Shown here: one piece after another, positions 1-41,800 of the stretch
Layout of the letters: each line of letters starts with the position of its first letter
How positions within the stretch are numbered: the first letter of the stretch is position 1
DNA from: Eledone cirrhosa
Taxonomy: Eukaryota
Direction of reading: 5' to 3'
Assembly: GCA_964016885.1 (NCBI GenBank)
Contig: OZ024741.1
Span: forward strand, 194,556,001-194,620,000
DNA: 64,000 bases
Program-made: the position numbers and the translations under genes
Notes under the pieces: model-generated
What the model saw: the letters and a program-made list of their open reading frames with translations, nothing else
The model's database searches: none
Told to the model about the DNA's origin: nothing

Positions 1-3000
1 GGTTATAGCTGTGGTGTGTTTGTATAACTGGGTTATAGCTGTGGTGTGCTTGTATAAATAGGTTATAGCTGTGGTGTTTGTATAAATAGGTTATAGCTGT
101 GGTGTGTTTGTATAACTGGGTTATAGCTGTGGTGTGTTTGTATAACTAGGTTATAGCTGTGGTATGTTTGTATAACTAGGTTATAGCTGTGGTGTGTTTG
201 TATAACTGGGTTATAGCTGTGGTGTGGATGTATAACTGGGGTATAGCTGTGGTGTGGATGTATAACTGGGTTATAGCTGTGGTGTGCTTGTATAAATAGG
301 TTATAGCTGTGGTGTGTTTGTATAACTGGGTTATAGCTGTGGTGTGTTTGTATAACTGGGTTATAGCTGTGGTGTGTTTGTATAAATAGGTTATAGCTGT
401 GGAGTGGATGTATAGGTGGGTTATAGCTGTGGTGTGGATGTATAACTGGGTTATAGCTGTGGTGTGCTTGTATAAATAGGTTATAGCTGTGGTGTGTTTG
501 TATAAATAGGTTATAGCTGTGGTGTGTTTGTATAAATAGGGTATAGCTGTGGTGTGTTTGTATAACTGGGTTATAACTGTGGTATGTTTGTATAAATAGG
601 TTATAGCTGTGGTGTGGATGTATAACTGGGTTATAACTGTGGTGTGTTTGTATAACTGGGTTATAGCTGTGGTATGTTTGTATAAATAGGTTATAGCTGT
701 GGTGTGTTTGTATAACTGGGTTATAGCTATGGTGTGTTTGCATAACTGGGTTATAGCTGTGGTGTGGATGTATAACTGGGTTATAGCTGTGGTGTGTTTG
801 TATAAATAGGTTATAGCTGTGGTGTGTTTGTATAAATAGGTTATAGCTGTGGTGTGTTTGTATAAATAGGTTATAGCTGTGGTGTGTTTGTATAAATAGG
901 TTATAGCTGTGGTGTGTTTGTATACATAGGTTATAGCTGTGCTGTGTTTGTATAACTGGGTTATAGCTGTGGTGTGTTTGTATAACTGGGTTATAACTGT
1001 GGTATGGATGTATAACTGGGTTATAGCTGTGGTGTGTTTGTATAACTGGGTTATAGATGTGGTGTGCTTGTATAAATAGGTTATAGCTGTGGTGTGTTTG
1101 TATAATAGGTTATACCTGTGGTGTGTTTGTATAAATAGGTTATAGCTGTGGTGTGTTTGTATAATAGGTTATACCTGTGGTGTGTTTGTATAAATAGGTT
1201 ATAGCTGTGGTGTGTTTGTATAAATAGGTTATAGCTGTGGTGTGTTTGTATAACTGGGTTATAGCTGCGGTGTGGATGTATAACTGGGTTATAACTGTGG
1301 TGTGTTTGTATAACTGGGATATAGCTGTGGTATGTTTGTATAAATAGGTTATAGCTCTGGTGTGGATGTATAAGTGGGTTATAGCTGTGGTGTGGATGTA
1401 TAACTGGGTTATAGCTGTGGTGTGCTTGTATAAATAGGTTATAGCTGTGGTGTGTTTGTATAACTGGGTTATAACTGTGGTGTGTTTGTATAACTGGGTT
1501 ATAACTGTGGTGTGTTTGTATAACTGGGTTATAGATGTGGTGTGCTTGTATAAATAAGTTATAGCTGTGGTGTGTTTGTATAAATAGGTTATAGCTGTGG
1601 TGTGTTTGTATAAATAGGTTATAGCTGTGGTGTGTTTGTATAACTGGGTTATAACTGTGGTATGTTTGTATAAATAGGTTATAGCTGTGGTGTGGATGTA
1701 TAACAGGGTTATAACTGTGGTGTGTTTGTATAACTGGGTTATAGCTGTGGTATGTTTGTATAAATAGGTTATAGCTGTGGTGTGTTTGTATAACTGGGTT
1801 ATAGCTGTGGTGTGTTTGCATAACTAGGTTATAGCTGTGGTGTGGATGTATAACTGGGTTATAGCTGTGGTGTGTTTGTATAACTGGGTTATAGCTGTGG
1901 TGTGCTTGTATAAATAGGTTATAGCTGTGGTGTGTTTGTATAAATAGGTTATAGCTGTGGTGTGTTTGTATAACTGGGTTATAGCTGTGGTGTGTTTGTA
2001 TAACTAGGTTATAGCTGTGGTATGTTTGTATAACTAGGTTATAGCTGTGGTGTGTTTCTATAACTGGGTTATAGCTGTGGTGTGGATGTATAACTGGGTT
2101 ATAGCTGTGGTGTGGATGTATAACTGGGTTATAGCTGTGGTGTGCTTGTATAAATAGGTTATAGCTGTGGTGTGTTTGTATAACTGGGTTATAGCTGTGG
2201 TGTGTTTGTATAACTGGGTTATAGCTGTGGTGTGTTTGTATAAATAGGTTATAGCTGTGGAGTGGATGTATAGGTCGGTTATAGCTGTGGTGTGGATGTA
2301 TAACTGGGTTATAGCTGTGGTGTGCTTGTATAAATAGGTTATAGCTGTGGTGTGTTTGTATAAATAGGTTATAGCTGTGGTGTGTTTGTATAACTGGGTT
2401 ATAACTGTGGTATGTTTGTATAAATAGGTTATAGCTGTGGTGTGGATGTATAACTGGGTTATAGCTGTGGTGTGTTTGTATAACTGGGTTATAGCTGTGG
2501 TATGTTTGTATAAATAGGTTATAGCTGTGGTGTGTTTGTATAACTGGGTTATAGCTGTGGTGTGTTTGCATAACTGGGTTATAGCTGTGGTGTGGATGTA
2601 TAACTGGGTTATAGCTGTGGTGTGGATGTATAACTGGGTTATAGCTGTGGTGTGTTTGTATAACTGGGTTATAGCTGTGGTGTGCTTGTATAAATAGGTT
2701 ATAGCTGTGGTGTGTTTGTATAAATAGGTTATAGCTGTGGTGTGTTTGTATAACTGGGTTATAGCTGTGGTGTGTTTGTATAACTAGGTTATAGCTGTGG
2801 TATGTTTGTATAACGAGGTTATAGCTGTGGTGTGTTTGTATAACTGGGTTATAGCTGTGGTGTGGATGTATAACTGGGTTATAGCTGTGGTGTGCTTGTA
2901 TAAATAGGTTATAGCTGTGGTGTGTTTGTATAAATAGGTTATAGATGTGGTGTGTTTGTATAAATAGGTTATAGCTGTGCTGTGTTTGTATAACTGGGTT

Positions 3001-4735
3001 ATAGCTGTGGTGTGTTTGCATAACTGGGTTATAGCTGTGGTGTGGATGTATAACTGGGTTATAGCTGTGGTGTGTTTGTATAACTGGGTTATAGATGTGG
3101 TGTGCTTGTATAAATAAGTTATAGCTGTGGTGTGTTTGTATAATAGGTTATACCTGTGGTGTGTTTGTATAAATAGGTTATAGCTGTGGTGTGTTTGTAT
3201 AAATAGGTTATAGCTGTGGTGTGTTTGTATAAATAGGTTATAGCTGTGGTGTGTTTGTATAAATAGGTTATAGCTGTGGTGTGTTTGTATAAATAGGTTA
3301 TAGCTGTGGTGTGTTTGATTAAATAGGTTACAGCGGCGGTGTGGATGTATAACTGGGTTATAGCTGTGGTGTGGATGTATAACTGGGTTATAGCTTTGGT
3401 GTGTTTGTATAAATAGGTTATAGCTGTGGTGTGTTTGTATAAATAGGTTATAGCTGTGGTGTGTTTGTATAAATAGGTTATAGCTGTGGTGTGTTTGTAT
3501 AACTGGGTTATAGCTGTGGTTTGGATGTATAACTGGGTTATAGCTGTGATGTGTTTGTATAAATAGGTTATAGCTGTGGTATGTTTGTATAAATAGGTTA
3601 TAGTTGTGGTGTGTTTGTATAAATAGGTTATAGCTGTGGTGTGTTTGTATAACTGGGTTATAACTGTGGTGTGTTTGTATAACTGGGTTATAGCTCTGGT
3701 ATGTTTGTATAAATAGGTTATAGCTGTGGTGTGTTTGTATAACTGGGTTATAGCTGTGGTGTGTTTGCATAACTGGGTTATAGCTGTGGTGTGGATGTAT
3801 AACTGGGTTATAGCTGTGGTGTGTTTGTATAACTGGGTTATAGCTGTGGTGTGCTTGTATAAATAGGTTATAGCTGTGGTATGTTTGTATAACTAGGTTA
3901 TAGCTGTGGTGTGTTTGTATAACTGGGTTATAGCTGTGATGTGGATGTATAACTGGGTTATAGCTGTGGTGTGGATGTATAACTGGGTTATAGCTGTGGT
4001 GTGTTTGTATAACTGGGTTATAGCTGTAGTGTGTTTGTATAACTGGGTTATAGCTGTGGTATGTTTGTATAAATAGGTTATAGCTCTGGTGTGTTTGTAT
4101 AAATAGGTTATAGCTGTGATGTGTTTGTATAAATAGGTTATAGCTGTGGTGTGTTTGTATAAATAGGTTATAGCTGTGGTGTGTTTGTATAAATAGGTTA
4201 TAGCTGTGATGTGTTTGTATAAATAGGTTCTAGCTGTGGTGTGTTTGTATAAATAGGTTATAGCTGTGATGTGTTTGTATAAATAGGTTCTAGCTGTGGT
4301 GTGTTTGTATAAATAGGTTATAGCTGTGGTGTGTTTGTATAACTAGGTTATAGCTGTGGTGTGTTTGTATAAATAGGTTATAGCTGTGGTGTGTTTGTAT
4401 AACTGGGTTATAACTGTGGTACGTTTGTATAACTGGGTTATAACTGTGGTGTGGATGTATAACTGGGTTATAACTGTGGTGTGTTTGTATAACTGGGTTA
4501 TAGCTGTGGTATGTTTGTATAAATAGGTTATAGCTGTGGTGTGGATGTATAGGTGGGTTATAGCTGTGGTGTGGATGTATAACTGGGTTATAGCTGTGGT
4601 GTTTTTGTATAACTGGGTTATAGCTGTGGTGTGGATGTATAACTGGTTTATAGCTGTGGTGTGTTTGTATAACTGGTTTATAGCTGTGGTGTGTTTGTAT
4701 AACTGGGTTATAGCTGTGGTGTGGATGTGTAACAG
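1..4735. repeat. 30-bp minisatellite (GGTTATAGCTGTGGTGTGTTTGTATAACTG), more than 150 units
   Basis: Direct inspection; continues past the left edge. Confidence 0.98.
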
Positions 4736-5546
4736 TTGTAGTTATGATCTCACTATGTAACATGGTGTAGATGTATAACAAGGTTATAGCAGTGACATCA
4801 ACACTTGCATGGTTTGTGTCACGACACCTGTTGCTGTCATCTGCAATCTCCTTTGTAAGTATTTTGAAATCAACTTTCACTACTTGTTCTTTATCTCCCT
4901 CTTCTGCAGAGTCTGCCTACTTGGATCTCCTGGCACTTATTTAACCAAGTCATCCTTAACATGAATCAATGGTTCCTTTATTTCAGACTATGACACAGGT
5001 AAACTTTGTCAGAGAATCATTTATCTGAAATAAGATCAACTTAGAAACAGGGGTTCAGCTTCAATCTAAATGAAACCTAGCTGTCCCTGTGGGGCCTAAT
5101 AATATGCTAAGACCTGAAATATCTCAACATAAATATCAAAGAGATATAAGATCAAGAAGATTAGCCAATGCAGAAAAACACTTTATCTCAATGACATCCA
5201 ACTGTTATTTATGGGGAATAATAGATGGAGCACTGTGCAGTAATAATACATTACAAAATGTAAGTAGACAATCCTACAATTATCATATATTTATAATATT
5301 ATACACATGATCAATTTCATCACTGAATAACTCAACATTATACAACTGTCTACAAAATTATGGGGGAAAAGATCAGTCAATTAAATCAACCCCAAATATT
5401 TGATTGCTACTTTATTTTATTGATCCAGGAAAGATCAAAGGCAAAGTTGACTATGAACTACTCAAAATATGAAGAACCAAAATAAATACTGCCAGACAAT
5501 TTATCTGATGCTTTGGATAGAAAGTAAAAACAAAAAATTTTTTTTA

Positions 5547-33178
<27,632 letters not shown>

Positions 33179-33354
33179 CTATTGTTAGTGTATTTGGTTT
33201 TATTACAATGTCAAATCATGGACATTTGTTAACACTGGACTTTATTATATATTTTCCAATACTACCAATCCACCAAGGCGGTGGATTGGTAGTATAGGTA
33301 GAGCGTCAGACACCATGCTTTGCAACATAGAGTTATGGCCTTTTATGATCTGAA

Positions 33355-33702
33355 TACACCCCCCATCCCCCTACCCCACCCCATTCCCACCAACACCACC
33401 CTTTCTCTGTAAAGTTGGTACCACAACATCCAGTCCAAATGAGATAATCGAGATCGTGTCACGACAAAAAAAAAAGAAAAAAAAAAAACAGTCCACGCTG
33501 TAATGTGACCGTGTAGGTAACACGGTAAAAAGTTCCCAGTTCCACACTGTAAATGTGGTTGGTGTTAGGAAGGGCATCCAGGCGTAGAAAACCTGCCAGA
33601 TAGTCCTATATGAGCGAAACACGGTCACCCGTGGGACAACTCCCGTCTCATCCATGCTTGCGTGGAAGATGTACGTTAAACGAAGATGATGATGATGATG
33701 AT
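33355..33702 (+). mobile_element. RTE LINE 3' UTR fragment; further copies near 23600, 31250, 31550, 45345, 49250, 52575 (minus), 56290
   Basis: GTGGTTGGTGTTAGGAAGGGCATCCAG...CGTTAAACGATGATGAT shared with the tails of the RTE copies. Confidence 0.8.
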
Positions 33703-33950
33703 TATATATATATATATATATAAAACATAAGAAAGAAGAATACTGCGTGGTTTGCACATGGGTTACATGTGATAAAAATAGTCCTTCGTCAGTGATTTTC
33801 CAACCATCATTGGTATTTCATCGCATTAAAAATCAGATACCTCAGGTTGGTGCGAGCAATAATCTAAAAAAAGTTATTGGGACCAGTAAATATATATATA
33901 TGGTGTAATATGACTGAAATAGTTTTATTTTAGTCTATCATTATATTATT

Positions 33951-34130
33951 GGATTGGCAGTATCGGTAGAGGGTCGGACGCCATGCTTTCCAGCATAGTT
34001 AAGTCCCTTTACGATCTGAGTTCAAATCCCGCCGAGGTTGACTTTGCCTTTCATCCTTGCGGGGTCGATAAAATAAAGTACCAGTAATGCACTGGTTATT
34101 GCTGGCCTTGTGCCTAAAGTAGAAACAATT
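33951..34130 (+). mobile_element. tRNA-derived SINE (same family)
   Basis: A and B boxes, core and tail. Confidence 0.85.
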
Positions 34131-35629
34131 ATATTATATATATATATATATATATCATGTGTGTTGCTGGCCATTCTCCATGGCAATGCCTTCGCCATTC
34201 TCTCTGCGTGGCACAACTAAATCGTCACACAGACAGGGGTGTACAGTCTGTCCCATCCTCCATTTCCTTCAATGCTTCAGCTCTTTTTCTTCTTTCCCTT
34301 TCCTTTTTTTTTTATAGACATTGTATATCGATATCTTTTTCTCGCTCTTGCTCGATGAGTTGGTGTCATCCTAAGTCAGAGATCCCATAGGCATCATCGT
34401 GCATAGAGCCGTTCACATCAGCGTCCTCCATCGCCGGCCGACCCGTGCCAGCTCCACTGCTTCCTCCAAGGGGACGTCGAGCCTCTGGATATCTTCCTTG
34501 ATGACATCCAGCCATCTGGTGCAGGGCCTCTTTCAACCTGTGGCTACTGTCGAACGAGAGAGAAGCTCTGGTAGGGTGTATATCGATTTACACTTAGCCA
34601 AAAGGCCGAGAAGAGATTGTTTGTGTTGAGTGGATTGAGTGGGTTGTCACAGATGGAATGTCTTTGTTATTTCCTTTTTAGTGGGTTATTGAAACGCAAA
34701 ATTTTAATAGGTAAAAATTAATGGTATATCTCCGTTACAGATACTATTGATTTTTTGTTCGAAATAAATTTATAAAGAATTAACATAATTCTCATTTTAA
34801 AAATTTGGCAAACAATTGAGTGGTTCAATTCTAGGTCTACGCCTGGTACGCTTCTAACACACAAATATATACATATCACTGTTGCACGCAATATATACAC
34901 ATCACTGCTGTTGCAGACACACATATATATAAACTCACTATTACACATATACACAACTATACACCCCACTTATAATATAGAATCCTGTTTTCCGTAATCC
35001 GGCATATATATATATATATATAGGGAAGGAGGTCACAACTTGACGAATACCACAGCTGACACCCTTTTTAATCGACGCTGGATCCAACCGTGACAACCCA
35101 GTCATTTTCAAATAAGGTGTGTGGCTAGTACTGCCTTATCTAATGTTTGTTTCCAATTTTTAAAACGATAGAATGTGATGTGAGAAAACGATCACATTTC
35201 TTGTGAAAAATAGTGACGTTTGAATGAGTCAGGGGAACAAACAAAATGTAAATTTTTAAAAGTTAATAATAAAGAGACAAGCTATGTGAGAAATAGGGAT
35301 GTGCTGTGTTAAAATACATTTATATATATATATATATACTTACTTTGATAGAGGAAATAACGACGACAAGGTTACGTTCTCGAAGAAATTACCAGACGTA
35401 ATGGTTGAGAGAGAAAGAGGAAGTTGTAAGGCTGATAGAGAGAGTGAGATATGTGCAAAGTTGATAGAGAGAGATGTAAGACAGAGTTGGGAGAGAAAGA
35501 ATTGTATGGTTAGTAGAGAGGGCGGTGGTGACGCACAAGGCTGAAAGAGAAAGAGAGGGGAGTTGTGAGAGAAAGAGAGTGAGAGAGAGAGTTGTAAAGT
35601 TGATAGAGAGAGGGGGAAATGTGTATGGT

Positions 35630-35735
35630 TGTCAGACTTGACACGACGAGGATGCCACGTACCGACTCCCAGCAGGCAGTGCGTAAAAGGAAGAGTTCAT
35701 TTCCGGTTATGTCCGATAACAATTTTTAAGTCTAT
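35630..35735. promoter_or_regulatory. Putative compact bidirectional promoter (Sec23 / SelL)
   Basis: Divergent gene starts, CpG-containing patch, ETS-type TTCCGG at 35701-35706. Confidence 0.45.
35663..35700 (-). other. SEC23: Putative non-coding first exon of Sec23
   Basis: The first coding exon begins at a splice acceptor, so an upstream UTR exon is required. A good donor TCG/GTACGT sits at 35662 in a CpG-containing patch. The start position is a guess. Confidence 0.4.
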
Positions 35736-35862
35736 ATGTCATCCCGTGTAACTGGATCAAATCTTCTTGTTTGCACTGAAAATATTTCTGCTATTTTTGT
35801 AGAATTTCTAAAGAATGGTAAAACAATTCTCGATAATGGAGTTGCAGAGTTTAGCCGCAAAG
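35736..35862 (+). CDS. SELENOL: SelL exon 1 (MSSRVTGSNLL...AEFSRK)
   Basis: ATG, open frame, donor AAG/GTAAGC, phase 1. Confidence 0.8.
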
Positions 35863-38800
35863 GTAAGCTACACGTTTGATGTTGTTCAACTACAGGTAAT
35901 CTCCGTTGCTAGGTGTTAGTGCTCTGGGGGTGGGGGTGGACTTCAGAACACTATGGGTGGGCACTATAATTTTCAATATAATTGTTTCTACTTTTGGCAC
36001 AAGGCCAGCAAATACCCAGTGTATGGCACTACCATGCTATTAGCTGTCAGAAGTGAAAGTTTCGTCAACCTTCTCAATCGTAAACATCGTTTATTTCCGT
36101 ATTACCACGCGTTATTTTAATAAAGCATATCGATGTAAGTGGAGTTACTTAAATGGGCCAAATTAGAAAACAAGTCATGGTTATCAAATAAATTGGATTT
36201 AATTATTTATATTTTCATAGTCATGGTTATCAATTTCATGTATAGGGTTGGTGAAAAAAATTTGATTACCATATATTTGTTGTCTAATTTGGCCCTTTTA
36301 AGGGCCACCTATATTTTCATTTAAGTTAACTCCACTGTTGGTGAAAATGATATTAGCTGTCAGAAGCAATTCCACTGTTGGTGGAAATGACTTGTTTTCT
36401 ACATTAATAACCATGACTATGAAAATATAAATGATTAAATCCAATTTATTTGATAATCATGACTTGTTTTCTAATTTGGCCCTTTTAAGGGCCACCTATA
36501 TTTTCATTAAGTAACTCTACTTACATCGATATGCTTTATTAAAATAACGCGTGGTAATACGGAAATAAAATGTTTACGATTGAGAAGGTTGACGAAACTT
36601 TCACTTCTGGCATGGTAGTGCCCAGTGTATTACTGGTACTTTATTTTATCGACCCCATAAGGATGAAAGGCAAAGTTAACCTCGACGGGATTTGAACTCA
36701 GAATGGCAAGGGCCGTAACTCTATGCGTCAAAGCATGACGTCCGACCCTCTACCGATACTGCCAATAATACTCAATAAACATCACTGTAATTTTTTTCTA
36801 AATCTGAAGGTGTACCTTTGAAAAGTGTGTGTGTGTTAGAAGGTTGACTCGAAGGCCAGGTCTGTGATTGGGGCTTATAAGGAGCACCAAGCCAACGAGG
36901 GAGGGACCGCGATGGAAGGGAAGAACTCTGCGAACAGGTCGATCAGCTGTTGGTGTTGAGAAGCCGGGTGGTTGAGGATCCAGAGCTCACATTTGGAGCT
37001 ATTGATCTGGAGACACCGGCGGCCAAGCTCCTCCACGATCCTGTTGGCAGTGGCGAGAATCATATCCGGAGTTCCCCTCAAACAGGCGTCGTCGAGGTAC
37101 CAGACATTGAGGTCCAACTCAACCCCCATCTTGGTGACATCATCAATGCCCAGTGCAAACAGAGCAGGCTCAAGTGGGTCACCTGAGGCAGGGGTGATGA
37201 TCTGGTCACCGAAAGAGAGGTAGGAGGGCTCCCGATAAGCCTGCCAAGCAAAGTGGAAGAGTTATGGGACCCTCTCTCTTACTGAGCTGAGGACGATGTC
37301 GCGGCTGATGGAGTTGAATGCATCTTGAGGTCAAGTTTGAGGATGACTTTGGGGGACGAGGAGGGCAAGTTGGTAAATGCTCTGGTAGCGTGGACAGCAA
37401 CCTCACATCCCAACCTGGTACCCACCCCCAGATGGATGGGGGAAAATTCCTCCGCCAGTGAGTCAGAGACCAACAGCAAACACGCCTTTGCAGTGAGGCG
37501 GCGAAGAGTGCAGCCAGCTGCAATGGGGCGCAGGTCCCTGTTGGACTTGGTGAGACCAAATAGCTTCGCACCGAAGAACAGTTGGCGGATGAACGGGAGA
37601 ACGTTCACTGAAGAGAATTGATTCACAAACTGAGTCAGACTCTCCAAGAGCTCGAGTCCGGCGTCACCGGCCGATAAGGAGATACCATCCTTGAGGTGTT
37701 GAGGACGAAGGCCGTCAATTCCCGCACCTGACGCAGCGGGGAAGGATGAAATCACCTTTCTGATGACATCGGTGGTGTAAACCGGTCTCAAGTATTCTGG
37801 TGGTTTGGGCCAGTGTAGCTGATCATCCAGGGGTGCCGATGGGTGCTTCTCTTTCAGACGCTCAAGAGAATCAGAGTTGCATGGAGCAAGGGAGGACAGA
37901 GAAGAGAGGAGACTGACAGCCCCTTTAATGTCAAATTCGCTGAATTCGCTTGAGGTCTACCGGTTGTCTGCTGGTGGACACCGAACTCGGTGTCGAACTG
38001 AGATGAGACGTGGTTGGAGTGGACTCAAACAGCTGGAACTGCCGCTTGAGAGAGGACGTGAGGGAACCCGAATTCGCATTGTGCACGTGAAGAGAGATGA
38101 GGGGAAACAAAAACAATTTCTGCCAGTCAGACCTATTGTTGGATGAGCAAACGTTTTTCAGTAAATTAGAGAGGGCATGTACAAAGCTATTCCGAGCGCC
38201 CTTAGGGATCCGGTTAATGAGCTTTGATTTGGAGAAGCCCTGGAGGGCTGTGGTAAAGTCGTCGGTAGAGAGTTGGTCATCAAAGCGTGGGGCATCCCCA
38301 CAGAATACGTCTGTCAATGAATGATGTCTGAACAGACTTATGATCAAAGGTAAAGTTGACCCGTGAATGTGTGAAAATATAACAAGTTTGACGTTTTCAT
38401 TTTGCAGAAGATTTTTTTTTTTTTGACATTTGTAAATTACAATTCACAATAATAACACTAAGTACTGTAAAACTTTTACATGGATGCTCTACCGATTCCA
38501 TTAATCTCTAATTGGACATTATTAACATTTCTAGTGCTATATCTTCTTTGAAACATGTCTATATATATAATTGTGTTGAAAGGTTTTTAAATTAATATAA
38601 ACACTTTAAAACCAAGTTTTGTGTCATAGAACAAAGGACACTTTCATATATAAAGGGTTACTATAGATCAGCAGGGTCAGTAGAGTGGACGACAAAATTA
38701 TTATGATAGGTATTTATGACCCTTTTCCTTTTGAGTTGAAATCCTGTCAAGGTCAACTTTGCCTTTCATCTTTCTAGCATTTAGTTTCGACCCTCAACAT

Positions 38801-41800
38801 TTGGGATACAAATTTCCATCGAGGTAAATATGAGAACCATCGTCATTTTTACGTCCGTTTTTCCACGCTTGAATCTCTCCACCGAGTTTCAGTGATTTGA
38901 GATCAACTCTCACCACTTCTGCCTTGGCCACCTTCTACTGCAACTTCCTTCCGCTGGGATTTCTTGACACTTCTTCACCCAACGATCACCATCTTTGTGC
39001 ATCATATGTCTATACCAATGCAGTCTTCCTAAGTTAGAAATGTTATTGTCAGTCTTAATCCAGCTGACTTATAGTCAAAGGTGTTCCTGTCGGACCCACC
39101 ATGACTTATTCTCTGACATAGCTTATCTAGGGCTAGACTAATCTATATGTTTTCTTTTATTTAAGATGTTAATCATAGCTACTGCTAAAAAAAAACAGGA
39201 TGGTCTTTTTAGGGCCTGTGAACAGAGGTGACTTGGAGCTAAATTACAGCAACAACCACCATTGTTATACCAGTCATATACTTCGATTGGTTTCTTGTGT
39301 CAACATAAATTATTATCAAAATCTAGTGGATTGGCAATATTGGTTGAGTGTTGAACAAAATGTCTGACGATAGTTACATCCTTTTAAGTTCTAAATTCAA
39401 ATCTTTCAAGGATTGAGTTAACCTTTCATTCACCAAGGACCAATAATATAAGTTCCTGTAATATACTATATTCCTTTTCCTGTTCTTTCTCTGTATTTTT
39501 CTGGTGTTGTACCTATATAAGAAATTATAAGCAGTAGTTGGTAGAATTGGTAAAACAGCCAAAATATCATCATCATCCTCATTTTACATTCACTTTTCCA
39601 TGCTTGCAAGGATTGGACAGGTCCTCTCCAGCATATCCTCCCCTCCACTTACAGCATGTCTTCATATCTGTGAAGCTCAGCATTTTTAGATCAGCACTAA
39701 TCACCTTTACCCAGATCTTTCTCGGTTTTATTCTACTGCAGATCACTTACACTTGCATCACTTCTTCAACTAGCATTCCTCATATAGTATTTTATATTCA
39801 AAGCATGTCTTTTATATTCTGGGTTTAAATCCTGCTGTTGTTAATGTTTTCTATCTTGTCACTTTAAGTTAATACTAAACCTACTTTAATGTAAGTAATT
39901 GTTTTATCGAGTAAGCTTGGTGTGGTAGGAGGACCCCTTGGTACAATCAAGTGATCAAGGATACCATCTGAGCAAGAAGGAGGTCTATAACGCTAAATCT
40001 ATTCTAATGTGAGAAATTGTTTTATGGAAAAGCAGAGACAGCAAAATGCTGTAGGGTATTAGTTAAATCCCTTACATTCTTGTTCAAATCCTGCCAAAAT
40101 TCACTTTGTCTTTTATCCTTCTGAGGTCAGTAAGAGAAATATTGGTTATATATTGAAATCCAATAAAATCAATTATACTCCTTTGTGACTCCATAAAAAT
40201 AATATTCTTTATATTTTTATTTTCAGATTGTCTTGAAGACTTCCTCTCCTCAAACATGGGGAAACTGTTCTGTCTTTTCCTGGAATACAACACAATGTTT
40301 CAAAGGTGTTCAAATTTAATATTTGTAAGAATAGATCATATAGCCAGGTACAATATAATTATCAGGTAGATGAATTGAACTGCAGATTTTCTAAGGTTAA
40401 GTAAATCACTTCATAGTTAAACTACCCAAATAATACCTAACTTTCGACTTCATAGTTGTGTGGATGTAAAAAAGAATTAAAGGTTTTAAAAAAATAGTTG
40501 TCTTTAAAAAAAGGAGCCAAAAAACCCTTATTTGATTAATTGTAGCAAATGTTGAAATTTGTAAAACCATCCAATCCCTGTCACTATAAAAAAAAAAGAT
40601 ATTTGTAGTGTTGGCTCACTTCAGTTTTACAATTTAATCAACCGAGATCAGTGCAGTACTACATTGATAGAGTGCCTTTATACTCCCAATTTCAATATAA
40701 ATATATTTGACTTAATTATCGTTGAATACATCTGTCTGATGATAATTGGACTAAAATTGTATATATCGCTATGAAAGGGTTAATTATATATGTAAGGGGT
40801 AGGAAGACTCATTAGTTAACTCAAAGACATAACTTCCTTAGTGCTGGTACCCTGATAAAATGCACTCAGTAGAGCATGGGAATGTATGTAAGCAAGATGC
40901 AGGCCCTGGCCTGTCTGAACACTTGGTAGAGTGCATGAATGTATGCAAATGAAATATGAGATCACACCCCATTTGAGAGGTCAGTAGCTCTGCTTGTATA
41001 CTGACTTGGTCTATGAAGACCCATCCAACCCTTGCTAGCATGAAAGATAAGCATTAAATGATGATGATATAGATATGAAAGGTTTAAATGGATCCTAGAA
41101 AACTGCTTGTTTCATTATTTCACCCAGGTATCACCCCAACTACTTGAATCACAGGTTTTCATCATTTCACCCAGATAACACTACAACTACATGAATCACT
41201 GGTTTAGCACTGAAAGGTTATTCACCTTCAAAAAAATATTTGCCTCACAATATATAAAAGTTCAACTTAACAGCAAATGCTCCTCCTGTGCAAGTTGTTA
41301 TATAATGACCAATACAAAACTATGTAATAATAATAATTGTTGCTAATTTTTTTTTTTTTTATATTTCCCACAGTCTTGGCATTGAGAATCGAAAGGAATT
41401 GGACGGACATGTAGGAAAACACTACAGGTAAATTATCATATATTGTGAGTTATCCTTAATGGTAAGGGTCATAAATTGATGCTTTTAATTTAGGTGGTTC
41501 AAATACTGTTCGGCCTTTAGTTCTTGATCCTTTTCGTGTCAGCCCGATTAAACCACATCTGATTCTATGAAACCAAATCACCCATTTTAAAGGATTTATA
41601 TTTATATTATTATCTTCAAACATATTTTTATATAAGAACCTTTTATTACATTGTTAAAAATAATTAATAATTTTAGTAAATCCTTCCAAATTTGTCCTTA
41701 ATTAATTCAAATACAGTGTATTTCATCATAAATATGGTAACAAAAGGGTTAAAACAGTATATTTAACTGTAAATGTTGTTTTCCATTTCTTTTTGTAAAT

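Noticed and set aside
63-3770. His-rich 226-646 aa ORFs as genes
   Set aside because: Products of a 30-bp tandem repeat with frameshifting units; not called as CDS.
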